This document shows, piece after piece, positions 23,673 through 38,825 of a stretch of DNA of 64,000 nucleotides. Origin of the DNA: Chrysomallon squamiferum (lineage: Eukaryota > Animalia > Mollusca); the NCBI GenBank assembly GCA_012295275.1, contig CM022671.1:34038001-34102000 (forward strand), given 5' to 3'. The notes beneath the pieces were generated by a model. It ran no database searches. It was not told where the DNA came from and saw nothing but the letters and a program-made list of their open reading frames with translations. Made by a program: the position numbers and the translations under genes. Positions within the stretch are counted from its first letter, which is position 1. Each line of letters begins with the position of its first letter.

Positions 23673-23712
<40 letters not shown>

Positions 23713-25899
23713 TCTATGTGCTCATGTAATCATGTAAAAAAAAAATAATGATGAGATACTCAGACTGTCTGATCTGATAACTTTGTAAATGGTTTACTCA
23801 ATCCTTAATTATAATCGTTTTTCAAAAATCACTGGAAAGTATTCAAAGTTTATAACTCAGAATATTTGTTAGAATATCCAGAGAAACGTTTCATCCTCTT
23901 TTTTTTCGTGGCTGTATTCCAGATTATTTACTTTCAAACTTTTCTTATGATTTGTTTTTAGAATATACAGTGCCTAGCCACAGGAGTTTTGTTTTTATGC
24001 TTATGTAGAAATTGGCCACTGTATTTTCATTTTTTTATATTTTTCATTTATTTATATATATATATATATTCAAGGATATGTGTGAATTATGGGAAATGCA
24101 ACCAAGCAGTTTAAATATTAAAATGACCTAAGTGTTTAGAAAGTGTTGAGAAAAGAAAAAATGATGCATTTTAAGTTTGAGTGCCACAAGTATTTATTTT
24201 TATTTTCTTCAATATCTCTGTTCAGATAGATTACCTGGCTCATATGTATGACATCAATCAGTTATGTAAAAAAATCTAATATATATATATCTATACACAC
24301 AAATATATATATATATATATATATATATCTCTAGATAGCAACTTTTCTGATCAATTACTGCATACAATACATAAATTGAAACAATACATCCCCCTCTACT
24401 TTCCATCCCCCTTTCTGGCATGCATAATTTATGCCTTTAATGAGATTATTTGCACAGAGCAAACAGGTGTAAATTTTTTAATATAAGTCTGTGCAAAATG
24501 ATCTGTTGTTCTTGGTTATATTTGAAAATATTTTCCTTCGTTTTTATTTTTTTATTTTGTTTACCTTTTTTAAAATATATTTCATTTGTTGGCATAAAAA
24601 AAAAAAATGTTCGTTTTCGTATTCATGACATTTTTTTTTTTTTTATTTACCATTTCCAGAATATTTATTTTATTTTGTAATTAACTTTTTACTAACCAGT
24701 CACATAATTACTTGTGTTCATATTTAAACTAGGTGAACAAATTCATGTGATGTGCCTTGTCTTTTTATTTTATGTATATTTATAATATGTGTAGCTGTGA
24801 CATATGTTTATTGTTACTATTATTATTATTATTATTATTATTTTATTTATTTATTTAAACTTTTTAAAAAGATTACATGTTTCTTAAAAGTAAACACACT
24901 TACATCATTGTACGCACAGAAGCTATATACATTAATTCGTAAATAAATTCTAAAAACCACATTTTGATATATTGTAACCACATTTCAGATACCCAAACTT
25001 TAAATCACACTACTAAAAAAACACATCTCCAGTTACATCACTAACAAGTATTTGTGACACATCACACCAAAACAAGTCTTAAGTCTCATAGCCAGATATT
25101 GAGATTCTTCCAAATAACAATGAAGTGTCCCAAAAAATTTGATTTAGATATTTTTGTTAAAAATATATTTATAAATAATTTATTTCTTTATCTCGGTGAC
25201 AAAATTGATAGATATTAATTCTAAGGTGTGTTTAAGAGCACTTTTGTGAACACTGATGTTTGCTAGATGTCTTATTTTTATGAGAAAAAGACAAAGACAA
25301 AGTTACCAACAGTCAACTTGGTACTGGGGTGAATGAAGCATTAAAATGAATTTTATGGAGTCAGGAATCTGAAAATGTTCATAACTTTGATTAGTAAAAA
25401 TGGTCACTATGGTTACAGATAAACAAAATTGCATTATCATGGTAGGAGTCTCTTTTTGACCAGGCATTAGTTATGTTCTATTAACTACTTATGGTGTATG
25501 ATGAATGTAAAAATAAAACGTTCTTATTTTTCATAAATCTAGGATTATGTATCAGCTGGCTTAGTGAGTTGTAATAGTATGTTAAATGTAAATAGAATGA
25601 TCTCACTTGACAGGTAATTCTCTTTCACAAGCTAGTCTCTTGTTATTTTTTAGTTGAATATTTAGTGACAATGGTTGTTTTTTAATTTGATTTTTAATTT
25701 TTATATTTCATGGGTTTGTATTTTGTTTTCTAAAAAAAATATATATATATATATATTATTTAGATGTTATTATGGGTTAGGGTATAAGTTACATTACAAC
25801 ATATACTGACAGTATTTATTTACATTAATATTTATTTACTTTGAATGAAATTGCGTCATGACAAGTCAATACATTTTTTCTACTATAATTACAAACTTC

Positions 25900-25942
<43 letters not shown>

Positions 25943-26044
25943 TGACTATTAATTATCATTAAATATTATTGTTTTATTGTTATATTTAGTACTATATTTT
26001 TTCATTATTATTACTTATTATTTTTTTATTATTTATCATTGCTC

Positions 26045-26097
<53 letters not shown>

Positions 26098-28204
26098 GAA
26101 TTTTCTATTTTGTATTAATAACAAATACTTTTTTTTTTTTTTTTTTAACATATACATAATAAACTATTTACATTAATTAATATTTGAAGATATTAAAAAC
26201 TTTAATTAAATACAAAACTCAGCTGAGTGGCTTTCCACAGTGACTTACATTTGTCATTAATAAATCAACATGTGTTACAAGAAATCCTTTCATACAGTAT
26301 TATGAGTGACACATGTTACAGAGAGATCTATAGTACCAGTAATTATACCATCTAGAGAGGTCACAAGAAAGTGTATATAGAAGAGTAGATGCAGGGTCAA
26401 TGAGTAAATAAATAATGCATCAACAATCTGAAATATAAACTGATGTAAATATTATGAATATTTATGTTCTTGGCTTTTCCTTGATGGATGGCATCTTTTT
26501 TTTTTTTTTTTTTAGTTTTTTTTTTGTTGTATTTTCACATTTGTTTGGATATGTATTTATAAGCAGAAAACTATTCTAGCATAAAAACACTTATTTATAC
26601 ATACATACATACATGCAGATACACTTGTCTAGATGGCCAAACTGTGATGTCATCTGACTTTGGAGTTTGGATGAATGGGTGCCATAAGCGGCATCTGATG
26701 GGTTTGTGAGGTCAAGATTCAACTTTGTCCTTCTGTATCAGCGCATTCCCAAATATTGTCAGTGTGCAGAATTAATCAGAGTTACATTAGACAGATAATA
26801 GTCCTTCCAAAAAAACATACATACCTAGTATTTCTTTATATAATTAATAGTCATACCAGTACATACATTTATTTATATAATTATTTCATTAAAGAACAAA
26901 CCAGATAAATATGTATTATTTTTCAGTGTGGTCTGATTTTATTATTATTCTATGCATTTTTTAATCCAGTGTCAAAATAAAACTTTTCTATCTGACAAAT
27001 CAGGGTTGTTTTTATTTGTAATTAAAATATTTTTCAGAAAATCATTGTTAGTATAGAACTAACAGATTTAGTGTTATCTCCCTTTGTAGACAATAACAAA
27101 ATTACTTAAAAGACTGTGTTGTTTTGTTTTTCTATGATCAGTTTTGACAAAAGCTAAAACAAGTAGAATATATTTTATTTTTTTTTAAATAGTTTTTATT
27201 ATTTCATTATTTGTGCATGTGTATATGTATATATATGAAGAGAGAGAGAGAGAGATGTCTATATATTATACATACATATACACATACATCTATACATACA
27301 TATATACATCCATGCACAATACATAAGCATATTTATTTTTATTAAAATAAAGTTAATTTTATATATCCTTCATGATTATGATCTACACTGACTGTGTTAA
27401 CTAAAACAATTTGAAATAGATTTGAAGAGAGGTTACAATATGAAAACACCGGAATTGAATGTTGTGGGGGGTGGTAAGTTAAAATCTTAAGAGAGGATTT
27501 TGGCAGTTGTTGGTTTTGCTTGTGTTTTTAATTAACAACAAGGAATCTTTTCCATGGAATTTTTATTTTTATTTATTTTTTTATTGTGATGAAGCAATTT
27601 TTATAGTTGTGAAAAGGCAAAAATAATAATTTAAGAGAAAAAAAAATTACTGAAATGATTTCACAAAATAATGAACAAAAACCAAAAAAACTTTGGATAT
27701 TTAAAAAAAAAGGTCAAAAGTGTTGTTATTTTTTTCTTCTTTTTTTTCCCCCTTCTATAAACAGGTCTAATGTAAATCCTGAGTCATTTTTCTTGAGAGT
27801 TAGAAATGCATAGGAAGACTGAGAGAGTAAAATAGACAGCTAAGCAAAGAGAAAAATATGATTAGCATTAAACGGATGACTAACACATTAACCTACTCAG
27901 TTTTTTTATTTGTCATTAAATAAGTGTTTTTTTATTATGACACAGAAGACAGTGGTAGAGAAAACGTCATTTTAAAAGAGTCTAATTTAGAAATGTTATG
28001 AATTATGTATGTACAAAAAGGTTTGCATTAAAAAATCACAACATTCCCAACATTCAATGTGTCAGGTTATGATGTCCTTGTGAAATACTAACTTTGTGTG
28101 TCTGTGTATGTCTGTTTGTGTTATTTTTATATTTGTATCAGTGTGACTAAATATGTATCTCACAGACTGTACAAATTTCTGGGTGTTTGTACAATTGGGA
28201 GATT

Positions 28205-28210
28205 GAGTGA

Positions 28211-28280
<70 letters not shown>

Positions 28281-28333
28281 GAGAGAGAGAGAGAGAGAGT
28301 GAGAGAGTGAGTGAGTGAGAGATAGAGAGAGAG
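28205..28333. repeat. (GA)n microsatellite
   Basis: Read directly. Confidence 0.95.
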
Positions 28334-28630
28334 TGTATATGTTTTTGTGTGTTTCTGAAAGATGGAGAAAGTGCGTGTGTCTGTGTGTACGAGAGAGGAA
28401 GTATCTGTGCATGTGTGTTTTTTATGTGTGTACATGCATCTGCTCATTTTCATATAGATTGTAATTTCTCTAATCTAACAACCTAACCACAGCAGAATGT
28501 ATAATTCTGCCTTACACTGGACAAATACTGAATCATCAGATTTGTTTTTTCTCCAAACATGAAAAAATTAATTAAAAAGGTGCTTTTCAATATATATGCA
28601 TGCTGATCATAATGATAACATTTAGTAATA

Positions 28631-28635
<5 letters not shown>

Positions 28636-28666
<31 letters not shown>

Positions 28667-28667
28667 G

Positions 28668-28700
<33 letters not shown>
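28636..28700. repeat. (ATAATG)n hexanucleotide repeat
   Basis: Read directly. Confidence 0.9.
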
Positions 28701-28701
<1 letters not shown>

Positions 28702-31700
28702 AGATGATGAGATGATATAAAAATATTACAACATTACATAAACTAAAATTAGATAATTTTATTAAACTATTAATACATAACTGGTCATTTTTTTTTTTTT
28801 TTTTTTTTTTCTTTTTCTAGGAAGTCTGCATTTTCTGTACCTGAAATTCCAAGGTGATATCAAATGAAAATTAGAAATATAAGCTTTGAAAAAAACTAGG
28901 TTATATTTTAATACAGGTTTCACCAAACTACACTGCATTCTCATAAATGTGTTATACGTGAAATTTATTACACATGAATAATTAATAGAACTGCTGAAGT
29001 GAAATAAAATAAAGCTAGAGAAACACACATTAACATGATAATGTTTATTTTTATCAGCACATTTCTGAAATTACATGCTTTAAAATTTGGGTAAAAGATG
29101 GCGTTAAAATAAAGTATTATTATTGGTATTGTATTTTGATTGGTATCGGTAATTTTTTTTGGGGGGGTTGTTTTTGTTGTGGTTTGGAATTTTGTTTTTG
29201 TATTGTTCTTCATTTTCTTATTATTGTTATTTATTTATTAATTTATTTATATTTCTTTCTAGTATTTGTATTTATACTTTGCGGTTTATATTATTATCAT
29301 TGTTGTTTGCATTATTATTATTATTATTATTATTCCATCTGATTGGTTTATTTATTCATTTTCAAGGGAAATATATATATAGTATTATTGTAAAAATGTA
29401 AAATTATATTCAAATTATTTTAGTTTCAGATACTGTATAAATTGTTAATACTTACAGTTTTTGATGATCTTGAAGAACAACAAAAACAGCACCAGAACAA
29501 TAAAAAAAAAATATAAGTATAAAAAAATATATATATATAAAAGTAACTATCTGAATAATAAATAATAATAATAATAATAACAAAATACATGTTTTAATTA
29601 TTTATTTTCTTTAGCATGTTTTTCAGCCACAATAAAAACATTTTCACATTAAGATTCTGCATTCATTTTAATATGTACATCAGTATTGCATTAAAAACAA
29701 AACTTTATGTTAATATCAAACCAGGTATATATCCATATACAAATACATATTAAATAGGTAATAATAAAATCCCTTAACAGAGAAAGAGAAAATCTTTCAA
29801 AAGTCAAAAATAGATCAATAAATAGTATGTAAAAAGGAATAGTTTGAATTTAAAAATAAAAGAAAGAAAAAAAAAGGATATACAGTAAAATTGTAAAATA
29901 ATATTTCAAATTTGAACTTAATTCTCAACAATTATTTATAAATCATAACTAATACTGTTATAAAATATAAATAAGTAGCATCTTTATTTTTTTCTCATGA
30001 TGAAAATACAAATCTATTTCCAGAAAAATCAACCGTTTATAAAATAAACGGCAAATGAAAATATTTTATTTTTAGGAAACTTGTATCTATATTGATTTTC
30101 ATTTCCATTTGTTTAAAATAAATGTAGAAAGATAAGGCAAGGTAAAATAAATAATATGTAATTGTAAATTATACAATATGAATGATAATGAACACAAATA
30201 AAACAAAAATTTGGTGGGCCAAATTTATAAATACTATTTGGGTTTTATTCGTGTATAAATACATATATTCCACCTGATGAGGTTAATGCTGGTGTCCCAA
30301 GACAATAAGTAGTTGTTGTTTTTTCATCCTGCGATCCTAAATAATTCAAAAATAACTGAAATTAACTTGTTTTATTTATCACCTACCTGTCCTCAACACT
30401 AACAGATTCACATGTATTGATTTCGTTGTCGCTGTACATCAAAACAAAATAGATCTTAAATAACAACAATTTGTTTGTTGTATTTGGAATTAAAACCATT
30501 TTCAAAATGGTCTTTTAAGATCTAAAACAGCAAGTAAACACTAATGCAGTAACTTTGAACAATGTATATATATATACATACATACACACACACATGTATG
30601 TATGTGTTTGTAGCTATGTATATATATATATGTATGTATATGTATGTGTGTATCTTTTTTAGGAAATGTGTATGTATTTATGAATGCATTTATGAATGTA
30701 TATATGTATGTATATATGTAAATAACAAGTGAATTATTGAAGTAAATCTTGTTCTATCTGAAGAAGCTGTATTTTCAAACACTGCACAAAAATAAATAAA
30801 TTTGTCTAGTCATCATTTCTTTCCACTATGTACGCTATTGATGAAAAAGCTATTTTATAAATCCCAGCCCAACAATTTTAAAAATAAAAACATAATATCA
30901 AGAAGTAAAACTGTGTATGTGAATCTTCACAATAAGATAGAAAACTAAAACTTTAAAAACAAAGTTATGCCCAAGTCAACAAAGCTAACAAGTTTTTTAA
31001 AATTTAAACAAAAAATAAAAACAAACAATCCTACCATTAATCAACAACAAATACAAAATGTTTTCTAAAATGATTTGCAATACATGCCCCACAATCCTGT
31101 ATCCACAATTCTGAAATCTGAAAAGCTAAAATTAAATAAATTAAAAACTAGAACCTGAAATGTTTGGAGTTTTTACTTTTAACTTCATTTGTCTGAACAA
31201 TAAAGCTGAGTTTTACTTTATATGTGTGTGTGTTTGAACTTTTACTGAATGTTTTCTACACAAATAAACTATACCATAGAAGAGCCATTTATTTTACTGC
31301 AGTCATCACATGCCCTAAATATTTGGGGGATATGAAGGATTACCAGTTGCCATGGATACTGTTATATCCTTCCCCAGGTTTCTCAGAACATTGTGTGCAT
31401 CTGCAAGCAAGAACCAACATTTTCAAAATCTTCTTTTTCCCTTGAATTTAAGTTTTTGTTTCATTCGCTGTCACCTTACAGATCAAGAAATTTTGTTAGC
31501 AAACATGTGTATGTTAAAGTGATCTAAACAAAACACTTTAAAATGATTTTTTTTTTCTCACAAAAAATATTTACCAGTTTAATTTGAAATCGTGTGCCTT
31601 GAAATTTAACTACATTATTTAACTATACCATTCATAATTTTTAATAATTTTAAACAAACATGACTTAAATGATATAGTTTGAAAATATTACATAGCTGAA

Positions 31701-32535
31701 TACACTGATGTAAATTCATAAAATGATTTAATGATACCATTTCAGAATTGTGAATAAAAAAACATGATTTAGTACAAAATATTATATTGGTTAACATTAT
31801 TGCAAATTCACAAAATGATTTAAAAGCATAACTCCAAAAAGATGCTAATTATCCCAGCTAATTTAGTTAATAAATATTTGAATGCGAAGTTACCAAATTA
31901 AATTATCTGCATAATTTAATTAGATTACTTTGAGATATTAAACAGTAAAACAGATCAGTGATAACAAAATAAATTATATTACAAAAAAAGGTATAACTGA
32001 AATATTTTAATTAAAACAATTCCATTTTGAACACTTCTGAAGCCATTTAACTGAACTGGCATAAGAAAGGTGTTTTAAATTGTTAAAATTCACACAGTGT
32101 AATGCAAACAATATAGTTTTATAGAATTACTTCATTCAGCAACTGATATTAAGTTCTCAATACAAAGATAAATGCAGAATGTTCAAACACATAACAAATT
32201 AATAAATATAATTTTGTATTATTCAATCAAATTTTATCTTCAACAGTCCTTCACTACTGGGTCTTGCACTGTATCAAAATACTGTTTATTGTTTATTATC
32301 ATTATTTCAGTTTATTTCAGATTTCAAAATGGCCAATCTTCAAGAAGAACTACCTATGAAGTGGTGTATCTGGTAAAACAGTTAAAACAGACACTACGGA
32401 TACTATTTGCTATTTGTACAATTACTAGGTATTATAGTTTTCTTAGTATTATCTAGATGTATATAAAAAAAAAATAAACATACATAAAATTAATGCCTTT
32501 TCTCAAAAATATTAATGTGAATGATTCTTTTTTGT

Positions 32536-32586
<51 letters not shown>

Positions 32587-32932
32587 CAGAACACAGAGAC
32601 ACATACACATTGTACCATAATGTTTAACATATTTTAGTCCAAATGTACACACATTCCTTATATATAATACTAAGGTATAGTGTTTACTTGTAGTAAAATC
32701 ATATAATATCTGTAGTACAGTAGTAAACTTATATTTTTATTTGTAAACCCTTCACTCTGCTTTTCTCCATTCTTGATAAAATAGGTGATCAAAAAAACAC
32801 CAATCAAATCTTGTACACAAACAACATACAGCTTTTCATATCAAGCTAAAATTTAAAAAAATAAAATACTTGCGTTTATATATCACATAAGCAGCATTTA
32901 ACAATTAAAATATGTACAAAATACAAATCAGA

Positions 32933-35052
32933 TCAAACAGAGTCATCGTAATCAGAATCCGAGCCAAGGGCAGGTAACTCTGACATCGTCGACCGAAAAT
33001 AATCTTCGTCTTCCGCAGTGAACGGCGAATAATGGCTCAGAATGCTGTCCTCGCGGCCGCTGTCGTTGAAGTCCTGCGGAATATACAACATGTCGGGAGA
33101 AACGTCGTTGACAAGACAGTTGTCGCGTTCGGGCTTGAGAATCTTCCGGAAAGCCATGCAGTGCAAATGTTCCTGCTTCACGTACCTCCACCGGACGAAT
33201 CCCATCGACTCGATGGCAATGCGCCAGCTCTTCATCATCCCAGAATTCTTGTGCTGGGTCTTTGAGTCTGGCGTGATGATCAGGAGCAGTCCGTTCAGCA
33301 TGAGCAGTCTGTGCGCTTTCTGACAGCACAGCCAACGCTGGTACGCAGACGGGAAGTACTCCAGGAGCAGGCTGAACACGACCACGTGGAAGATGTTGCA
33401 GGGAAGTTTCTCTATGGGGTCTTTCAGGTTGTTGACATAGGTGCTGAGTGTGTCTGATGCCACCTGCAGTGGTTTTACTGTTTCAAGGTGCAGAAAGTCA
33501 CAACGGTAGACACTCTGGAGAAGAAGAAAGGAAATAAAAAGTTATTGTTAGTTTGTTTAATATAAAATAATACATTTTTTTTCTTCTTCATTTTTCATTC
33601 GTTTTTTGAAAAAGATGCTTATTAATGAAATAATTTTGAAAAACATAATAAATATTCTTTCCTTTTTTTTCAGTGTTTATCTTCCTTTCCTTTCTTTAAT
33701 TCTTTTTTTAAATTTTAATGATACTTGGATTGAAAAGTAAATATATAAATAAACTTATAGAAAAAAGTCCCATTACCTTTTTTCTTTTTAAATGATGGCT
33801 ACACAGCCAGAAGGTATTTCTTATTTTAAAAAAGATACTTTAAAATATTTACATAGATAATAAATGGTTTCAAATTTGCTCTAAATATAAATCAGCAAAA
33901 AAGTTTTATTTAAAATTTTCCAAAGCAATCCCTTCACTTCATAGAACTGCCATCTTTAAACTTGATGGATTATGGACAGAAATATTCCAAAAATAAGAAA
34001 ATTATATTTCTTTATCTTTGCAATAATGTTTGCTAGATTTGTGAAATTTAATTAAGTACCTAGAATCATACATATTTTTTTGTTTGGCCTAACATTAAAA
34101 GTTTGGTTTTTTTACAACTCACTGGTTTTGCTGGACTAATATCTATTCCTACTGCAAGAAATTCTGGGAACTGTAGAAATGGATTGTAACAACTGCCAAC
34201 ATCTAGCAGACGAATTTTACCTTCAAATGGAAGAGTTCTGAAAGAGAAAATACAACAATATGGATACACATATTTTCACTGTACCCAAAAATAATAAATA
34301 AATAAATAAAACAGGAACTTTATTATTTTGTTATTATTATTATTATTATCATTACTGAATACACAAATTTTAATAATAGAAAATATGATGAATTAAATCT
34401 AAATTGCAAAGCAACTAGATATCTATTGTACATGATTATTTTTTTTTATGGTTCACTGAACATTAAATAAACTTTATTATATATCCTTTTGTACATATAC
34501 AACATTTACAGCCTTTCCCATATATTAATTTTATTACAGAAACACAATAAATTATATTACTAAACATTAAAAGACATACAAACTTTCAGTAAAATAAAAC
34601 AGTATATAAACAAGTAGCTTATACTGCATATAAATACTGAGGCAGAAATACGTATTCACGGGTACACAAACAGATGTTGACACTGTATAAAATACATTAA
34701 ACACAAAGCCAAATCATTATTTACACATTTCTTTCAAGTTAAATTAGACCATCTCATAATTTCTTCAAACAAATCACACCCAGTGAATAAACAACAATTA
34801 ATGCAGCTTGTTTACAAACAGAGTAAACAAAAAATTTTTTTCTTTAGTTTTTTTTAGTTGGATTCACAGTAAAAGCTTTCTGAGTGCATTTCCTTTTTTA
34901 CTCAGTACTTTGTTCTAAAAGTGTACAATATTTAATGTATTTTTTATGTTTCCTCTTCATTTTTGAGGCTAGGTTTCCATTTGTGTTTTTTTTTTTTTTT
35001 TGTGTGGCTGTGTGTGGGCACATGTATAATGTTGTGTGTTTAAGTGAGTGAA

Positions 35053-35093
<41 letters not shown>

Positions 35094-35321
35094 CTGAATG
35101 GATGGAGGTGTCTGTACATGTGTGTCTACATGTATCTCTGTATGTACAAAAAGGATGAATATATTTTATAAAATAGCTCACGTCCATGATTATAAGAGAT
35201 TACATCCTTTGTTCCTTCCTAAATGTTGATGTAAACAAGACTTTATAACTGGAGACCAACCTTTGCTGATTATAAACAAATGCTTGTATGAAGGTATGTA
35301 TGTAGATATACATGTGTACAG

Positions 35322-35356
<35 letters not shown>

Positions 35357-38045
35357 ATCTGACTGTCTAGCTATGGAAGGCTGTTGTTGGCTGGATTTAA
35401 AAAAAATTCAGTGTTAGTCAGTGTTTTGCAAGCAGATTAAAGCTGAATGGTTTGAAATTACTGAGATTGCAGGATCAAAACACAGTTCTCACACTGACCA
35501 TTGTTCTGCTATTTCCAGTTTATATTCAGTATTGTAAAAAAAAAATCAACAAACAAATGATTTTTTTAATAATTAAAACTTTAAAATAGAACTTGAAGAA
35601 AAAACATTTATCAGAATTTAAAAAAATAAATAAGAAAGCATATATTCACTGAATAAATAGCACTATTCTTTCTACTGCTCTGTTTAAATGTAATATAATA
35701 AGAAGCAGATGTAAGCAGACTAGATTTTTAAAAGCTATATGAAGCAGAAGGGATATTATTTAATATTATAGATAATTAAAGCTTCCATTAAATATGCATT
35801 AAACTGACTTTTTTTTTCTTTTATTTATTAATTTTTATTCTTATTCTTTCTTTTTCTTTATATATTTCTTTTTTATTTAATTTTTGGAACATATATATAG
35901 ATGGTTAGTTATTCTAAAAATTCAGAGAGAAATGGTAACCAAATGAAACATAATTTAAAGTATAAACAAACATTAACTAATCATAATTTTCTATACAGTG
36001 GGTCAACATTTTAAATTTTTGGGGGGGAGTCACATATTAATTTTATGGATAGTTTTAAATTATGTAATTAGGAAAACAATTCCTGACTATATATATATAT
36101 ATATATGTATGTATTTATACACACACACACACACACATACACACACACACACACATACATATATATATGCACATACAGTGTAAAAATATAATTGAAACGA
36201 AAAGATCTGTAACAGAAACAAAATCAGTAACATCAAACATTTGTTTATTTTATAGTTTTTAACAATTAAACACAATCAAGTTTTGTACACTTACATTATG
36301 CTACTGCAGGCAAGATTCCGGCTTTCTGGTGAACAAGCAGCAGAAGACATCATTCCATGACTAGATTCCCTGGAGTGTGACTGAATGAGATCAGGAGTTC
36401 CACATCTAGCAAATGTTTTACTTGTCTCTTCAGGACTGGACAGGACCCCATTTGACCCGTCAGTGCTGGAGGTCACTCCAACTGACCCCTGGGAACTGGT
36501 GACCCGCCTACTTGACTCTGCTACACTTGTAATTCCAGTCGACTCAGACATGCTCGGAACATTCTGGAACTGTTCTTCACATTTGCAGGCAAGATTTGTG
36601 TCATGTGTATTCAGTCCCACCCCATGGTCATCACTTGAGGCATTTCCTGAACATTCTGTAGCAGCAGTCGCAACTCCATTTGATTCTTGAGAACTTGTTA
36701 AGATTCCATTTGATTCTTCTGTACTTGATTCAGTTGTCGTCTGCTCCTCCTCTTCTGCTATCTGTCCTTGTTTGGCCTTCATCTCCTGGTAACGTTTTTT
36801 CCTCTCTTCCTTCTCCAGGGCCAGTTTTAGCCCTCCCCTGTGAAAAAACTCCAGTGCAGTTTCCCTACACCAGTCAATTCTTGTCTCTGACCGCTTTGTC
36901 CAGTGGTCAGTGGCCAAATGATGCATGCAGTCTGCATATGTCGTAAGAAGATCTTTATTCTGACAATGGTCATTCCAGATTTTTTCATAATCTCCATGAT
37001 CTAAAAAAAAAAAAAAAATTGAAAAATAGAAAATTTTATTTAAAATAAACAGTAATTATTTAAGCTATTTGCTATAATATAATATCAGGAAAAGCTGGAC
37101 TCTCCTGAACTGTACAGAATATTCCAGCCGTGTCCAGGGTATCTTGGACTATAAGGAAAATCCTGTAGAATAGATTATACAGAGAATCCTGATCTGATTA
37201 GACTCTCACAGTTTGTTCAGACTATCTTGGACTGTACACAAACCATTGATTGTCATTTACGTACATCATACCTTTTGTAACATTTAGTATTATAATTCAT
37301 GACAAATGTCATAACTTGTGGAAAGGTCAATGATTCTGTTTAATTTGTAATTTCTATAATTCATAAAAATTTCTGTAGTAAATACATCATACTAACAATA
37401 ATTATGCAGGAACTGCACCTTTCACACATAATTGTATTCCTCTCTACTATCATATTTGTCTGCATAAATCCTACAGAAAGCTATTCATATAATGCAAGAT
37501 AAGACCATACGTTTTTGTGTTTGTTGTGTCCAATTTTCGAGTATTTACTCTAACAATAGAAACCTTTTAATTTTATTTATTTATAATACTGCAATGCATG
37601 AACATTGAAAAAAGAATTCCAAATATCAGTGAACACTAAACAAACTGAAAATACTCAATGAAACGAAGGAAACAAAGAAACTCTCTATTAAAATGACGAT
37701 TAAAATAAAATTATGTGGGAGTTTTATTTTCATAATTCGGTGAACTAATTCATTAACATTTGGAACTTAAGGCTTCTATCTTTTTGCATTACATTAAAAT
37801 TACGTTGCGAAATTTATGGCACTGCTCTTTTCAATGCACAGAAATTTTTTTAGAGTTGACAGTGTTAACAAAAGAACCGGTCATTTTGTATTTTAAACGA
37901 TTCAATTTTAGATGAGACCGAACCGGCAAACCGACTTACTCGACTTGAACTTCTTTCGAAGATCTGCATGAACTCCTTTTACAAAACTTGCAAGACGTTT
38001 GTGCTCTTCTTTATCTGATGTCTGATCGGACTCTAAGTCCGACAT
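32933..38045 (-). CDS. SAMTOR: S-adenosylmethionine sensor upstream of mTORC1 (SAMTOR / BMT2 homolog), 4 exons, about 502 aa
   Basis: Exons 38045-37940 ([20 protein letters not shown]), 37000-36295 ([28 protein letters not shown]), 34237-34123 ([14 protein letters not shown], methyltransferase motif I), 33514-32933 ([40 protein letters not shown]). Phases 1, 2, 0 are consistent; 1509 nt. Confidence 0.94.
35157..35276 (+). repeat. Short duplicated segment, copy 2 (SAMTOR intron 2)
   Basis: Same blocks, same order and orientation as 23491-23631. Confidence 0.85.
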
Positions 38046-38109
38046 AATCGTCCGATGCCCACTACCATTCGCCTATCATTTACTGCACTATAACTATTTG
38101 ACAATCAAC

Positions 38110-38165
38110 TTGGTCTTTTTCCGGATTTGCGAATCAGCTGAGCCGGAAGTGAAAACAGAAGTGAA
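38110..38165 (-). promoter_or_regulatory. Proximal promoter of SAMTOR with ETS-type site
   Basis: CCGGAAGTG at 38143-38151, about 100 bp upstream of the ATG, in a CpG-containing patch. Confidence 0.5.
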
Positions 38166-38230
38166 TTTGAGTTTCTCTAAAATTCGAAATGATACGGAAC
38201 GAAATGTTAACAGCTTAATAATAATAATAA

Positions 38231-38261
<31 letters not shown>

Positions 38262-38384
38262 AAGAAGAAGAAAAAGAATAAGAATAATAATAATAATAAT
38301 CGATTAATATAATTACTGAATGATAATGAAACTATTATAAATTAATTTATTTTATAATCTTTTTCATTCATTCATTTAATAAAT

Positions 38385-38423
<39 letters not shown>

Positions 38424-38585
38424 TTATTCTTGTTGTTTTAAATGGGTTAGGGATTACGTTTTGTCTTTCAAAAAATTGAGAAACGTTCTTCAGTGAAATG
38501 GACCAAATATTATTAATTTATACTAAATATCTTAATATATTTAATATAGTTTCACCAGGTTATATTAATTGCTCTTTTTCTATCC

Positions 38586-38587
<2 letters not shown>

Positions 38588-38655
<68 letters not shown>
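38588..38655. repeat. (CT)n microsatellite
   Basis: Read directly. Confidence 0.95.
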
Positions 38656-38658
<3 letters not shown>

Positions 38659-38774
38659 TTAAGGTGTAATGATAAAGAGAGCCAGATGTATAGAGAAGAT
38701 ACTACGACAACAACACCATAGCAGTATTAATATTAATAATAATTATAAAAATAATATTATTAACAACAACAACA

Positions 38775-38825
<51 letters not shown>

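Noticed and set aside
26640-26706. C/D-like boxes (GTGATGT..CTGA..GATGA..CTGA) with a short terminal stem
   Set aside because: Imperfect C box, compressed spacing, not in an evident intron, no recognisable target.
37090-37240. Degenerate ~20-bp tandem units (TCTTGGACTGTACA-like); similar at 8510-8680
   Set aside because: Decayed intronic minisatellites; not CRISPR-like (eukaryotic context, no constant repeat with unique spacers).
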